Positions 26,401 to 41,400 of a stretch of DNA of 64,000 nucleotides are shown here, in pieces. The stretch comes from Antedon mediterranea (lineage: Eukaryota; Animalia; Echinodermata). The notes under the pieces are model-generated. The model saw only the letters and a program-made list of their open reading frames with translations, had not been told where the DNA came from and did not search any database. Within the stretch, counting starts at the first letter, position 1; each line of letters begins with the position of its first letter. The stretch covers positions 960,201 to 1,024,200 of the forward strand of contig NC_092679.1 of NCBI RefSeq assembly GCF_964355755.1. The letters are read 5' to 3'. The position numbers and the translations under genes are program-made.

Positions 26401-29400
26401 GTGACCACGTTGGCTTCCGTGTGTCCGTAGAGGACCTCATTGAAAATTCCACTGAGTATGAACATTGACAAATATGAATGTCTTCATTTAAGTTTCAGTT
26501 GGGTAAAACATGATTTTAAATTGTATGCAGTAATTATCTGTCTACAAACTATTGTAGTATTGTATTATTGTGTGTCCTTAATTTATTAATCTATTGTTTA
26601 TTTTATACTATTGTTTTGTTAATGTTGGAGTAAGAGCAGTTTATATCTATACCTATTGCTTGCTCCTGGCAAGATTTTACTTTTGTAAATTTGCAAAATA
26701 AATATTATAATTATTATTAATAGCTTTATCATGTTTGAAGTAGTACTAAACAATAAGAACACACATCTAAGCTTCTGTTTGTAGCCGAAGGACACAAGGC
26801 GCTGGACTGGCAGTACTAGCTGGTAAAGTACAAGGATATGACGCCTGGATTGACACAATTCACAAGGATTATTCCGTTTGGTTACCGTCGTTAGGGGAGA
26901 AATCCTGGTTTTGACAGGATTTAAAACAGGGCCCAGAAAAGAAAGGAATAATATTAAACCACCAACTTAAAACGTCAATAAGTGACAGGAAACGGGTCAT
27001 AGATCTAAGTAATTCTTAACGCTTAGATCATTGGTGTTTCTTAGGCCTAGGATTTTAACTACCGCTGCACTACTACTTATAGGATCTACTTATACTTTGT
27101 ATAGCCACTCACGTCAAACCTGCTGGTTTAAGACAATCATGACTCTCCATATTATTCTTTCATAAAAATATTCAAATTAGTAAAAGTGAGTTGAAGTGAA
27201 ATTTCTAGGTTGGATATGAAATAATCTGAAATATTTCATAAAGATTAAGACATATTAAGAATTAGAAATGTTAAGTATTGTTCTATAAGATTGTATAATC
27301 GCTTCTTATTTATTTAAGATTAATGTTATATATTTGATACTTTTCTTTTTATATTGCCTTATGAATGTGTGACGCTGACACAAAAGCGTTTATTCATTAA
27401 AGTTTAGTGTGTTTAGTGTGTTTAGTGTGTTTAGTGTGTTTAGTGTGTTTAGTGTGTTTAGTGTGTTTTGTGTGTTTTGTGTGTTTTGTGTGTTTTGTGT
27501 GTTTTGTGTGTTTTGTGTGTTTTGTGTGTTTTGTGTGTTTTGTGTGTTTTGTGTGTTTTGTGTGTTTTGTGTGTTTAGTGTGTTTAGTGTGTTTAGTGTG
27601 TTTAGTGTGTTTAGTGTGTTTAGTGTGTTTAGTGTGTTTAGTGTGTTTTGTGTGTTTTGTGTGTTTTGTGTGTTTTGTGTGTTTAGTGTGTTTAGTGTGT
27701 TTTGTGTTTAGTGTGTTTAGTGTGTTTTGTGTTTAGTGTGTTTAGTGTTTAGTGTGTTTAGTATGTTTTGTGTTTAGTGTGTTTAGTGTGTTTTGTGTTT
27801 AGTGTGTTTAGTGTGTTTTGTGTGTTTTGTTTCTGTCAACATTTTGTTACTTACATGAAATAATAGATGATACTTCAAAATCCTTTGCACAGGTTTTAGT
27901 AAGTAAGCCCCAAGAGGGAGAGGGTGGCCTAGCTTGTCCTGTGCCTCCTGCAAGAAGCTGTACATGGTGGGGTCCAGAAGACACTTTGTAAGCACTCTCA
28001 CAGCACTTGGGTAATTCATGCAATACTGGGAATACATAATAAACTCTTCTTCCTAAAAGAAAAAAACAGTTTTAAAGAGTTTATTCATAAAACAGACATT
28101 AACCACACAGGACAATCCACCTGGACAATGACCACTCATAATGGACTCTTGACCATGTCTTTCTTAAACAGAAACATTAATATAATGGCAGCCTACAGTA
28201 GTATTATGTACTGTAGTACCAAAGGTAACAGTTTATGAGTTGACATTACCAGAACAGTATATCAATTATCTTTTAAAAAGTTGAATGACTTACAAAAGAA
28301 AGTAGTATCAAAACCAAATTTTATAGAACTATATTGTTTATTGTTTATAAATAATAAACAAACAAATAAACAATGCTTGTAATTATTTCAGCTGTTTTAT
28401 CCATCAACATTGTATTGTTCCCTTTAGAATTCAATGTTAGTGTTTTTACATTCTTTGCCCACAATAACCACTGTGACCAGTCTACCATGAGAATTACGCC
28501 ACAATAGTATGCATGAATCACTCATTTAATTACAATGCTAATTCATTAAAATCACAAATATAAAATTTAATAGGGATGCCCCCCTCCCCTGAAAAGGAGT
28601 TGGTTGTAGTGTTAGATACTGTCCTTCATTTGTTTCACAAAAAGGTGTCACCTTAACACCTTAATGGGTGTGTCCTTGAATCAACTTTCAGAGCTACTTT
28701 ATAATTATGTTATGTAATAATTATTCGCGATAAGAGTTTTAAACGATTCCCTTATTTGTATTAAAAGGTGTAAAACAATTTCAGGAATCTGCAACTTCCA
28801 ACATGGAACTCTTAAATAGAGAAGAAACCTTCCACTTATAAAGCCTATATGCAAACAAAATATTTTCAAAAGATAATTCTATTAATTAATTGAAAACAAA
28901 CAAAACAGAGAAACTTATCAGAACTTTGAAGGAACGTCGGAAAGGAATAAAAGAAATGAAATTGATTGAGTACAAGGTTAAGAAGGAAGAATGAAAGAAG
29001 TCATTGAAAGTAATTATATAAAAAAAACAGGTCAAAGTCAAAACACATTCCTATTTCAATCTAAACAGTTCTACTGAAATTACTGCAGTACCATAATTAG
29101 ATTTTTACTGCAGTAATGTATGATTTTAGTTTGTTTTAATGTAGGAGGCAGTCTGAGCCACTGTGCACAACCATCAGTATTTAATGTATGTTTATACAAT
29201 AAAAGCTAAATAATTGCATAAATAGGTTTTAATGAGAAAAAATTCAATAATTTTATGACGCAAAACTTCAATCTAGGTTTTAATTGATCAAAACCCACTA
29301 TGGATAACCTTCTACTGAATCTTATATTTTAATTTTTATTTTTTCATTCTAATAATAATAAATTATTCTTTCCAATAATTGCAATCTCCATAGTTGATAT

Positions 29401-32400
29401 TAAGATTCCATAGGGATATCCCAACGGAAATGATCCATACTAATAACTCTATCAACAACTTCCTGTGATGTCATCCTGGTCACCTGATCTTGGCTACTGG
29501 ATTTAGTGAAAGACAAATTCACATTCAGAGACAGATATCAAGATTTATTTGTATGTTATGATAATTGTTAGACTTATTCCTGTGCTAGACGATGGTTGAA
29601 CTTTACTACATTTATTTCACCTATGTCGCCGATAACCTTGGGTTGTTTTATTTATGAAATGTTTGCTTCCACTTGCGACATATTACTGTACTTAAATTAA
29701 TAAAGATCTGTAACATTTGCTTATATTTATGTGGGTGTTATTATTAATTTATTTCCTATTTTTTAAAGGAATGTTGAAGTGGGTGTTGTCACAGGTGATG
29801 GGGTTCTTTTGAAAAATACAAATATTCTACAATTGGACTTTTCCAATTTTGATTAAAATGTTTACAAAATCTATAAACAAGTGTAGTATTTTAATTACAT
29901 TTTTTTTGTTATAAGATTAAAGGATAATGTATACAAAAAATAAAATATGTTATTCTAAATTATTAGTTGTTTGACATTAATATTGTAAAGAATAAAGAAT
30001 GCACCGAAAACCTGATTAATGCCAAGGCCATAAAGGGGTTTGCAACTGTGTTATAATTGACTTTTAATACAACTACTATATAATTCTTTCAGTGTCATTA
30101 CTTTAGTGATTCCATCAACTAATAATATTTACAAGCAACTAATAAAAACTAAGCTTGCAACAACTAACTCAATTTTATACATATATTCTCTTATCAATAT
30201 AGGATTATCATCTACTCCAATCATTAAACATACACTTTATTAAATACTTAGATGTATTGCCTTTTTAAGTATTTAAACAATTATTTTTTCATAGTAATTG
30301 GTAATCTTAAAAAATTAATTATTAAAACTAGTTTGGTTTCTCTTCCTCCTCACTCAATATTATTGCATTTTTTATCAAACTTTGTCAAATATTTCTTTTT
30401 GCCTACTCCTACTCATCAACTCATCTTATTTTGTTAATGTTTCCCTTCTTATGGCACTTCACCTTTATTACTACTATGACATAAACATCAGCATACATTA
30501 TTAAATTACTGAATTATGCTGTTAAGCTCTGTCTACACTATCAAACTTTATGTGACAAAAAAATGGGATGTGCCCATATATGGACATGATGATGTCGTAT
30601 GACTACCATATTTTGGGCATATCACTACTGTACCATATTTGGGCATACTACTGTCATATTTGGGCATGTCACTTTTTATTTAGTATAGACAGAGCTTAAT
30701 CATTTCTGTACTAATCAGTCATCTCAGTACCAACAATCAGCCGTTGGTTCTACAGATTTTTTTTATACACATAAGACATCAAATGATGTAATTGATGATT
30801 AACACTTTAACTTAGTTGTCAAATGGGTTCAACTGGAAACAGAAATCTTTGGTACTCCTCCACCTACACTCAACATTGAAAATAAAAAACCAAAATCTTA
30901 TTCACAAATTTGTGTCAGTTTACAGTAACACCAGTTTGAGCATGTACATACAGTAATGGTAACAATCTATATTACCCTTTTGGTGCCCCTTGCCCAATTG
31001 TACAACAAGCCAACAGGAACCTGCACTCTTTTGCAATGCACTACAATGTCAAATAAACATACCTTTTCTAGGAAACATTCTGCAATTAAAACCGGATCAC
31101 TCTCACAATCTTCTAAATCTTTTAAAAACTCTCTGAAAATAAACAAAAAATAAAAAAATCTAAATAAATACTTAATCTGTAGTTGTCTTTGTGAAATATT
31201 TCAGCATTTTTTTCAAACGTTATTCCTTTGTGTTCATACTTTACATGGACTGTCCTATAGTTTTTACCATCTTTGAAATCTAAACATTTCTTTTAATAAG
31301 TAATTTAAAGTTCCGTTTATGAAGATGTTATAATCTACTATATCAATGGTTTTAGATCTATTTTCAGGCATAAAAAAAAAAATACCATTTATACTCTGTA
31401 TGAGTATATTAATAAACATTTAGATCAAAATTAGACATTTTGAAATCCGAGTGTAATTCCACACCCTAACTTTTTCCAAATTATGTATTCAGACCTCTTA
31501 AGATAGGACTTAGTAATAATAAATAACTGTAGTAATTTTTTCATGTAAGTATAGGAAAATATTGTATACTATATTAGTCAAAATAAGTGCCTTTAAACAG
31601 CTTTACAGCTGATAATAAAATAGCCAATGCTCTTGACCCATTGATACCCCTAATGGCCAATATATAAGTCATTATTTAAGCCTTGGCCTGAATTCCAATA
31701 ACACTAGTAACAAGGTACAGTAGCTAGTTTCTATGGCCAGTATCATGGGCAAGGCTATACCACCAACAGCTAGCTATCATTTATCAATGCATTCTGTACA
31801 GCTATTCAGCTATGCTGTTATTAAATGAAATATCAGTGAATACTAAACACTGGGTTCATCCAGCCATAAGGAATTCAACAGATTTATAAAAGAACTAGAT
31901 TTTTATAGAACTTTTCTATTAACATTATTGAACCTAATTTTGAAGATGTATTGTCCCCCAAAAACATGAAAAAATAAAGATTAATAAAATCAGATTTTGA
32001 ATAGGCAATTTCACAGTTTTAATAAAGTTATTCACTTCTGTAGAAAAAAAATCATCAAAAATAATTATTTCACTTATAAAAAGACAATGTCTACTGTATG
32101 ATCTGAATATGAGACATAGTCGAAAAGGTTGGAAGGGGCTCAGGCACATACATGAATGACAACGTACACTTTCATATCCAATATTATTATATCATTTGCA
32201 TAGAAAATTGTGTTGATGATGACACTGTTGCACAACATAAATACAGAAAACAAAACCGCAAAGAAATATGTATACAAGGTCACATCATTTTTGTAAATTC
32301 ATTGCTCTAAATAGCAGCTAGATAAAAACTATATTTGTATGAGATGTGATGACCAGTACCACTACGTAGAACTTTAAAACATAGAGTAGTATACATGAAA

Positions 32401-35400
32401 TAGTGTTATCAAAGAAAAATCCACTCAACTCAAGGTTTACTAAAAACATAAAACTATAAAAAAAGAATTTGTTGCAAAATACTAGATACATTTGTGGTTG
32501 TCTACATTAGAGACCCTACATTGAATGACTAATGAATTAAATGATCTATTAATTCAAATGAACCTTTTCAAAAGGCAATGTTGTGGGAGTAGAGGATCTA
32601 GACTAAATTAAGCACCTTCGTAGAATTAAACACTCGTCTGGGATTAAGTCACCATTTATGTACAAATAGAAAAAAGAAAGACTGAATAGTTATACAATTA
32701 AAGGTTGTTTTTTATTTCATTTCATCACCACCCTACAGTGACCATACATCACCACCCTACAGTGACCACACATCACCACCCTACAGTGACCACACATCAC
32801 CACTCTACAGTGACCACACATCACCACCCTACAGTGACCATACATCACCACCCTACAGTGACCACACATCACCACCCTACAGTGACCACACATCACCACT
32901 CTACAGTGACCACACATCACCACCCTACAGTGACCATACATCACCACCCTACAGTGACCACACATCACCACTCTACAGTGACCATACATCACCACCCTAC
33001 AGTGACCATACATCACCACCCTACAGTGACCATACATCACCACTCTACAGTGACCACACATCACCACTCTACAGTGACCACACATCACCACCCTACAGTG
33101 ACCACACATCACCACTCTACAGTGACCACACATCACCACCCTACAGTGACCATACATCACCACCCTACAGTGACCATACATCACCACCCTACAGTGACCA
33201 CACATCACCACTCTACAGTGACCACACATCACCACCCTACAGTGACCACACATCATCACCCTACAGTGACCATACATCACCACCCTACAGTGACCATACA
33301 TCACCACCCTACAGTGACCATACATCACCACCCTACAGTGACCACACATCACCACCCTACAGTGACCATACATCACCACTCTACAGTGACCATACATCAC
33401 CACTCTACAGTGACCACACATCACCACCCTACAGTGACCATACATCACCACCCTACAGTGACCATACATCACCACCCTACAGTGACCATACATCACCACC
33501 CTACAGTGACCACACATCACCACCCTACAGTGACCACACATCACCACCCTACAGTGACCATACATCACCACCCTACAGTGACCATACATCACCACCCTAC
33601 AGTGACCATACATCACCACCCTACAGTGACCATACATCACCACCCTACAGTGACCATACATCACCACCCTACAGTGACCATACATCACCACCCTACAGTG
33701 ACCATACATCACCACCCTACAGTGACCATACATCACCACCCTACAGTGACCATACATCACCACCCTACAGTGACCACACATCACCACCCTACAGTGACCA
33801 TACATCACCACTCTACAGTGACCATACATCACCACCCTACAGTGACCATACATCACCACCCTACAGTGACCATACATCACCACCCTACAGTGACCATACA
33901 TCACCACTCTACAGTGACCACACATCACCACCCTACAGTGACCACACATCACCACCCTACAGTGACCACACATCACCACCCTACAGTGACCATACATCAC
34001 CACCCTACAGTGACCATACATCACCACCCTACAGTGACCATACATCACCACCCTACAGTGACCATACATCACCACCCTACAGTGACCATACATCATCACC
34101 CTACAGTGACCATACATCACCACCCTACAGTGACCATACATCACCACTCTACAGTGACCACACATCACCACCCTACAGTGACCATACATCACCACTCTAC
34201 AGTGACCATACATCACCACTCTACAGTGACCATACATCACCACCCTACAGTGACCACACATCACCACTCTACAGTGACCATACATCACCACCCTACAGTG
34301 ACCATACATCACCACCCTACAGTGACCACACATCACCACCCTACAGTGACCACACATCACCACTCTACAGTGACCACACATCACCACTCTACAGTGACCA
34401 CACATCACCACCCTACAGTGACCACACATCACCACTCTACAGTGACCATACATCACCACCCTACAGTGACCATACATCACCACCCTACAGTGACCATACA
34501 TCACCACTCTACAGTGACCACACATCACCACTCTACAGTGACCACACATCACCACTCTACAGTGACCACACATCACCACTCTACAGTGACCACACATCAC
34601 CACTCTACAGTGACCACACATCACCACCCTACAGTGACCATACATCACCACCCTACAGTGACCATACATCACCACCCTACAGTGACCATACATCACCACC
34701 CTACAGTGACCATACATCACCACCCTACAGTGACCATACATCACCACCCTACAGTGACCATACATCACCACCCTACAGTGACCATACATCACCACCCTAC
34801 AGTGACCACACATCACCACCCTACAGTGACCACACATCACCACTCTACAGTGACCATACATCACCACCCTACAGTGACCACACATCACCACCCTACAGTG
34901 ACCACACATCACCACCCTACAGTGACCACACATCACCACTCTACAGTGACCACACATCACCACCCTACAGTGACCATACATCACCACCCTACAGTGACCA
35001 TACATCACCACTCTACAGTGACCATACATCACCACCCTACAGTGACCATACATCACCACCCTACAGTGACCATACATCACCACCCTACAGTGACCATACA
35101 TCACCACCCTACAGTGACCATACATCACCACCCTACTGTGACCATACATCACCACCCTACAGTGACCATACATCACCACCCTACAGTGACCATACATCAC
35201 CACCCTACAGTGACCATACATCACCACCCTACAGTGACCATACATCACCACCCTACAGTGACCATACATCACCACCCTACAGTGACCATACATCACCACC
35301 CTACAGTGACCATACATCACCACCCTACAGTGACCATACATCACCACCCTACAGTGACCATACATCACCACCCTACAGTGACCATACATCACCACCCTAC

Positions 35401-38400
35401 AGTGACCATACATCACCACCCTACAGTGACCATACATCACCACCCTACAGTGACCATACATCACCACCCTACAGTGACCATACATCACCACCCTACAGTG
35501 ACCATACATCACCACCCTACAGTGACCATACATCACCACCCTACAGTGACCATACATCATCACCCTACAGTGACCATACATCACCACCCTACAGTGACCA
35601 TACATCATCACCCTACAGTGACCATACATCACCACCCTACAGTGACCATACATCACCACCCTACAGTGACCATACATCACCACCCTACAGTGACCATACA
35701 TCATCAGCCTACAGTGACCATACATCACCACCCTACAGTGACCATACATCATCAGCCTACAGTGACCATACATCACCACCCTACAGTGACCATACATCAC
35801 CACCCTACAGTGACCATACATCACCATTAACAGGGTTGAAAGACACAAAATATAATATAATGTACAAGCAAAAATCAACAAATAACAAGACAACATTAAG
35901 GGTATGTTCAGACTCACGGAGTTACGGTGGAGTTAGCTACGCAAGGCGTACGATAATCCGTGGCGTTAAAAGCCAAGGTGTTCAGACCAACGACCAACAT
36001 TCCAATGCCTTGCGTTTAAGTTCAGACCAACGACCAACATTCCAATGCCTTGCGTTTAAAACACTCTGATCAGGTCAAAGCAGATAGAACTACCGTATGT
36101 ATACATTCATGACAATTACATTGTTTTTTGTTTTTTTTTTATTTATATAATGTTTACCTTCAAATATACTGATTTGTTCTTACTACTTGTAGAAATGCAT
36201 TTTAATTCAAAATAATTTAAAACGTAATTGTTACACGGACAATTATCTGATTAATTGATTTAATTTATGAACATATATCACTGACGCCAACTTTACTGTT
36301 CTTTAAAATCTGAACCTGAAAATACTAGCTATTTCGCTCTCATATCATAGGGTACGGGTATGTAGTTGCTGTCTGCTAATCATGGTCGTGTATTTTCATT
36401 GGTTAAGGTTAAAATCACTGATGCATCACTGGATTAGCGTTATGAAATCTACCCTCTCCCGCTCTAGAGTTATTAACGCCACTGGCGCGGAGTAACAGCT
36501 CCCTAACGCTAATCCGCGGCATGGGTCAGACACAAAAATATGTACGCCGCTTACATAACTCCACCGTAACTCTGTGAGTTTAGTTTAGTGACATTAGATA
36601 AAACAAAATAACAGTAACATATATGGTTATAGGACTACTGTAGTTTGTAGATTTATATCAGGATGAATAGGTCAACTTATGGGTGTCAATCATCCAACTA
36701 ATTACATATTAATGACTATTAATTATATTTTTCAAGTGGAAAATATTGTCAGTAAGTCGAAACTTAAGTGGAAACTAAAATGTGATGAAATCTAAATATG
36801 ACACCAGTAATGGGTTTCAGTATTCAAGGTGTTTGTTGATTTAACTTTTATTGACACTATAGTGTACAGACAGAGCAAACTAACACACTAAACACTGTAA
36901 CAATTGTTTAATATTAACTAAACAGCAACGAAATTGACCTACACAGGGTAAAGCAGACATCAACACACCAAACCACAAAAACATCAAATGTGACGTAGGC
37001 TAGTGAAATGCCTACGTGTTTGGTGGCATTGTTTTGTGTAACTTTAGAAAGTAACTTATGATAGTTGATGGTGTTCTGTTTCACATGTTTCAAAAGTAGA
37101 AGTTTACTGGAATTGTTTTAACAATAAAGGCACTATTAAGTACATAATTGGTTCTTGAAAACCATAGAACCTGAATAATAGCATTTATTATCCTCATATC
37201 TTTGCCACAATCTTTTATAACTAAACATATTAAAGTATAATGTCTTTTTTATTTGTTATTGAATGGAATTGAACTTATAGTATAGCAATGAGAACAACAC
37301 GCCATGATGAGAATAACAAAATAATGACTGTCTTCCACTAAAGCCACCTCAAATCAGACCCTGCTCATTCCAATAAGACCATCCTTTCCGGTCCCAGGTA
37401 ATAACAATTTTATAACTGACCATTAAAACCCCAGTTTCAAATATATCTCTTTAAATTCATATATGTTTGTCACTAACTCACTATCACAATCACATACTGT
37501 ATTTTTATATTTATTATATATACCATATATTTTCGGTGTATAAGTCGCACTTTTGACACGCAAATTTGACCTCTAAATTAAGGGTGCGTCTTATACACCG
37601 AACATAAATGCCTCACCACACAGATTGTACATATCATCACCTTGTTTGCTAGGCCTGAGTAGGCTAGGCCTAGCTACAGTATACTAACGTAACGGCATCC
37701 TGCTTCTGCCTAATTTTTAAGGCATTTTAGCATGATGTTATACTAAATATGATGAAAAGATTTGTTCATTATGGAGCTGCTGTTTTAGGCGCTTCGATAA
37801 AATTTCATTTTTAAACGTTTACGATTGGAATAGGCTAGTATTTATTTACGATCGCCGTACCCCCAGCGCAAGCCCTTCTTGGGCGGCCACATGGTGTACG
37901 GTATTCGACTAGTATATTCTCCAAGTGATTATAGCATGGACCTAGTGTACACACTTCTCGGATACATAGATACTAATCGAATACGATTGTCCATGAAAAC
38001 GTGCGCCCGAATGATCGAACAAGGCTAGCCCACACACGTGCGTGTTACACACACAGTCATGCACTCGATGTTGTGGGTGCGAAACTCATGAATAACAAGT
38101 TAGAAAGAACTTGTTAAGGCCGGGCGCGGCCGAGCCTAGGTAAGAAAAAACCGAAATAAAGGATGCCGTTGTAGATATAACAAAATTATTATTACAATAA
38201 TATTGATTACAATTTAAAAAAAAAATTTTTTTATGAAATATAAGGTGCGTCTTATACATCGACGATATAAAAAATACCGATATTTTACTCTCAGTTAGGG
38301 GGTGCGTCTTATACACAGGTGCGACTTATACACCGAAATATACGGTATATTCATTTTTTATATCTTTGTTAATTTTGTGTTTTTATAGTTGATTTTGTAT

Positions 38401-41400
38401 TTTCTGTTTGTATTGTTTGAGGGTCCCTAATGATCAGCTGATGCTGGATGGACCACCCTCATAAAATATTGTTAAAATAAAAAAATAAAATAAAAAAAAT
38501 ACTCTAAAGGTCGTTTACCTCTAATATTATATTATTATGCTGAACTTAATACAGAATGTATAAAGCATTGTATAAAAACACAATTAGTAACTTGTGTTGT
38601 AAGAAAAAAGAGTATTGAAGAAAACATACCAGAAGACATGTAAACACTCAATAAACATGTCAAGTAGTGATATTGACAACAAACAAGTTTAAAACCTGTC
38701 CTAAGGGTAGGTATACACTGTATAACAGATTGGTATGATAACCTGCATTTGACAGCCTGTCCTAAGGGTAGGTGTACACTGAGTGTATGGTATATTATGA
38801 CAACCTGCATACAACACTGGACATTCAGTTAAACTATAAACTGGAAGATACAGGATAATGGCAAAATACACTGTATGGTATATTAATATTATGACAACCT
38901 GCATACAACACTGGACATTTAGTTAAAAACTATAAACTGGAAGATAAAGGATAATGGCAAAAGTATTCTACTGCAGTTACTGCAGTAACTACATTTGTTT
39001 ACTGCAATAATGTATGATTTCACTTCAGTCTGTTCCAATGAAAAAAGTCAGACAATGAATATTTAAACAGTGTGTGTGATTATCCCAAAAAAAGTTGCTA
39101 TATAACTGCAAATTGCATACAGGTTTAAAAAGGGTAAGAAAAATGTAGTTACTTCACTCAGTAACTGCAGTAAATAGTTTTGATATGGTGCCTAAAACAT
39201 GTATGATGAAAATTGGTTTCTCAATGAGCAAAGTAATACTACTTACTTGTTGAAATCTCTAATTGATTCCAAATTGCTGAATAGTGACTGATAATCCTCT
39301 GGTATTAAAGGCAATGTTGGTCTGTCAAGAATCGCTAATAAATAACCCTGAAAAAAAACCAAAGACACATCTTGAGTTAGTGGGTAGGTTGAGTACAACA
39401 AAACAAGGTATTCCATTTTGTTTAAATTCAAAATAAAATGTTAATTAAAAGTCAAACGTGCCACTGAAGTGGGTAACAAATACTCTACTAAAATTCAAGC
39501 AGGCATTGCTCCTTCACAGTCCCTTTAAGCACTTTCCCTTTAAGACTAGCACTTTCCCTTTAAGACTAGCACTTTCCCTTTAAGACTAGCACTTTCCCTT
39601 TAAGACTAGCACTTTCCCTTTAAGACTAGCACTTTCCCTTTAAGACTAGCACTTTCCCTTAAGACTAGCACTTTCCCTTTAAGACTAGTACTTTCCCTTT
39701 AAGACTAGTACTTTCCCTTTAAGACTAGTACTTTCCCTTTAAGACTAGTACTTTCCCTTTAAGACTAGTACTTTCCCTTTAAGACTAGCACTTTCCCTTT
39801 AAGACTAGCACTTTCCCTTTAAGACTAGCACTTTCCCTTAAGACTAGCACTTTCCCTTTAAGACTAGCACTTTCCCTTTAAGACTAGCACTTTCCCTTTA
39901 AGACTAGTACTTTCCCTTTAAGACTAGCACTTTCCCTTTAAGACTAGCACTTTCCCTTTAAGACTAGCACTTTCCCTTAAGACTAGCACTTTCCCTTTAA
40001 GACTAGTACTTTCCCTTTAAGACTAGTACTTTCCCTTTAAGACTAGTACTTTCCCTTTAAGACTAGTACTTTCCCTTTAAGACTAGTACTTTCCCTTTAA
40101 GACTAGTACTTTCCCTTTAAGACTAGTACTTTCCCTTTAAGACTAGTACTTTCCCTTTAAGACTAGCACTTTCCCTTTAAGACTAGTACTTTCCCTTTAA
40201 GACTAGCACTTTCCCTTTAAGACTAGTACTTTCCCTTTAAGACTAGTACTTTCCCTTTAAGACTAGTACTTTCCCTTTAAGACTAGCACTTTCCCTTTAA
40301 GACTAGTACTTTCCCTTTAAGACTAGCACTTTCCCTTTAAGACTAGTACTTTCCCTTTAAGACTAGCACTTTCCCTTTAAGACTAGCACTTTCCCTTAAG
40401 ACTAGCACTTTCCCTTTAAGACTAGCACATTTTCAATTGAACGTAAACATTTATTTTCTTTCTTTCAATCAATAATAAAACAATTGAATAAGGTATTAAA
40501 AACTGATTTTCCCTTTAAGACTAGCACATTCCCTTTAAGACTAGCACATTTCCTTTAAGACTAGCACATTCCCTTTAAGACTAGCACACGTTCCTTTTAA
40601 CAGGGTTGAACTGCATACAACCAATCAATATAAATATGTTGTCAAGACTTTAATGAAATCTTACAACAGAAACCCAACAGCTGAGGGAAGACAGTACAGT
40701 AGAAGACAGGACGGTGCAATGACATTAGTAGGTTCCCCAAAATCAGTTTTTACTTTAGTCTGTGGGACAATGCTTTACATCCAAAATCTTGCAGCCATTT
40801 TTTCCCTCCAATTCGCAGTCACAAATATTTATTTGCAATATAATAACTAAACTTTTTACAGGGATGTTAAGAATGTAAAAATTGAACACTAATCTGATAT
40901 TTAGTTATATAACGAATATAGTAAAAGTAATTTGACTTCAATTAAGATTTTGATGATACAGCGAAATTGAAATTGCTAAAGCTCTATCTACACTATCAAA
41001 CTTTATGTGATAACAAAATGTGATATGGTCATATGGACATAATGATGTCATATCACTACCAAATTTAAGCATATAAAAATTATAACTACCTTGCTTGGGC
41101 ACATCACAAACTAATTTGATAATGTAGACAGAGCTTAATTAAGAGAAAAAGACAAAACTAGATTGATGGTGTAGACAGGGCTTTTTTAGAGAAAAATACA
41201 AAACTAGATTGATAGTGTAGACAGGCCTTTAGAGAAAAATAAGCAAGTAAGCATGCCTAAACCTGGTTAAGGTTTCCAATACACAGGAATGCAGTGGAGT
41301 AATAGTTCATATGTCAATTGATTGATTCTCACATTATAAAAACAGTGTTAAGTTACACACAGCACTGTACTGTACATTGAATGCACTGTATGATATTTAC

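Noticed and set aside
27407-27736. CLV/CFV and FSV/FCV ORFs
   Set aside because: Translations of a 9-bp repeat
32705-35917. 1041-aa His-rich and 1066-aa Cys/Met-rich ORFs as real genes
   Set aside because: By-products of a stop-free 24-bp unit; no unique flanking domain, no synonymous divergence, intronic position
39520-40588. CRISPR-like array (also considered for the other arrays)
   Set aside because: Units are contiguous with no unique spacers; no cas genes; eukaryotic context
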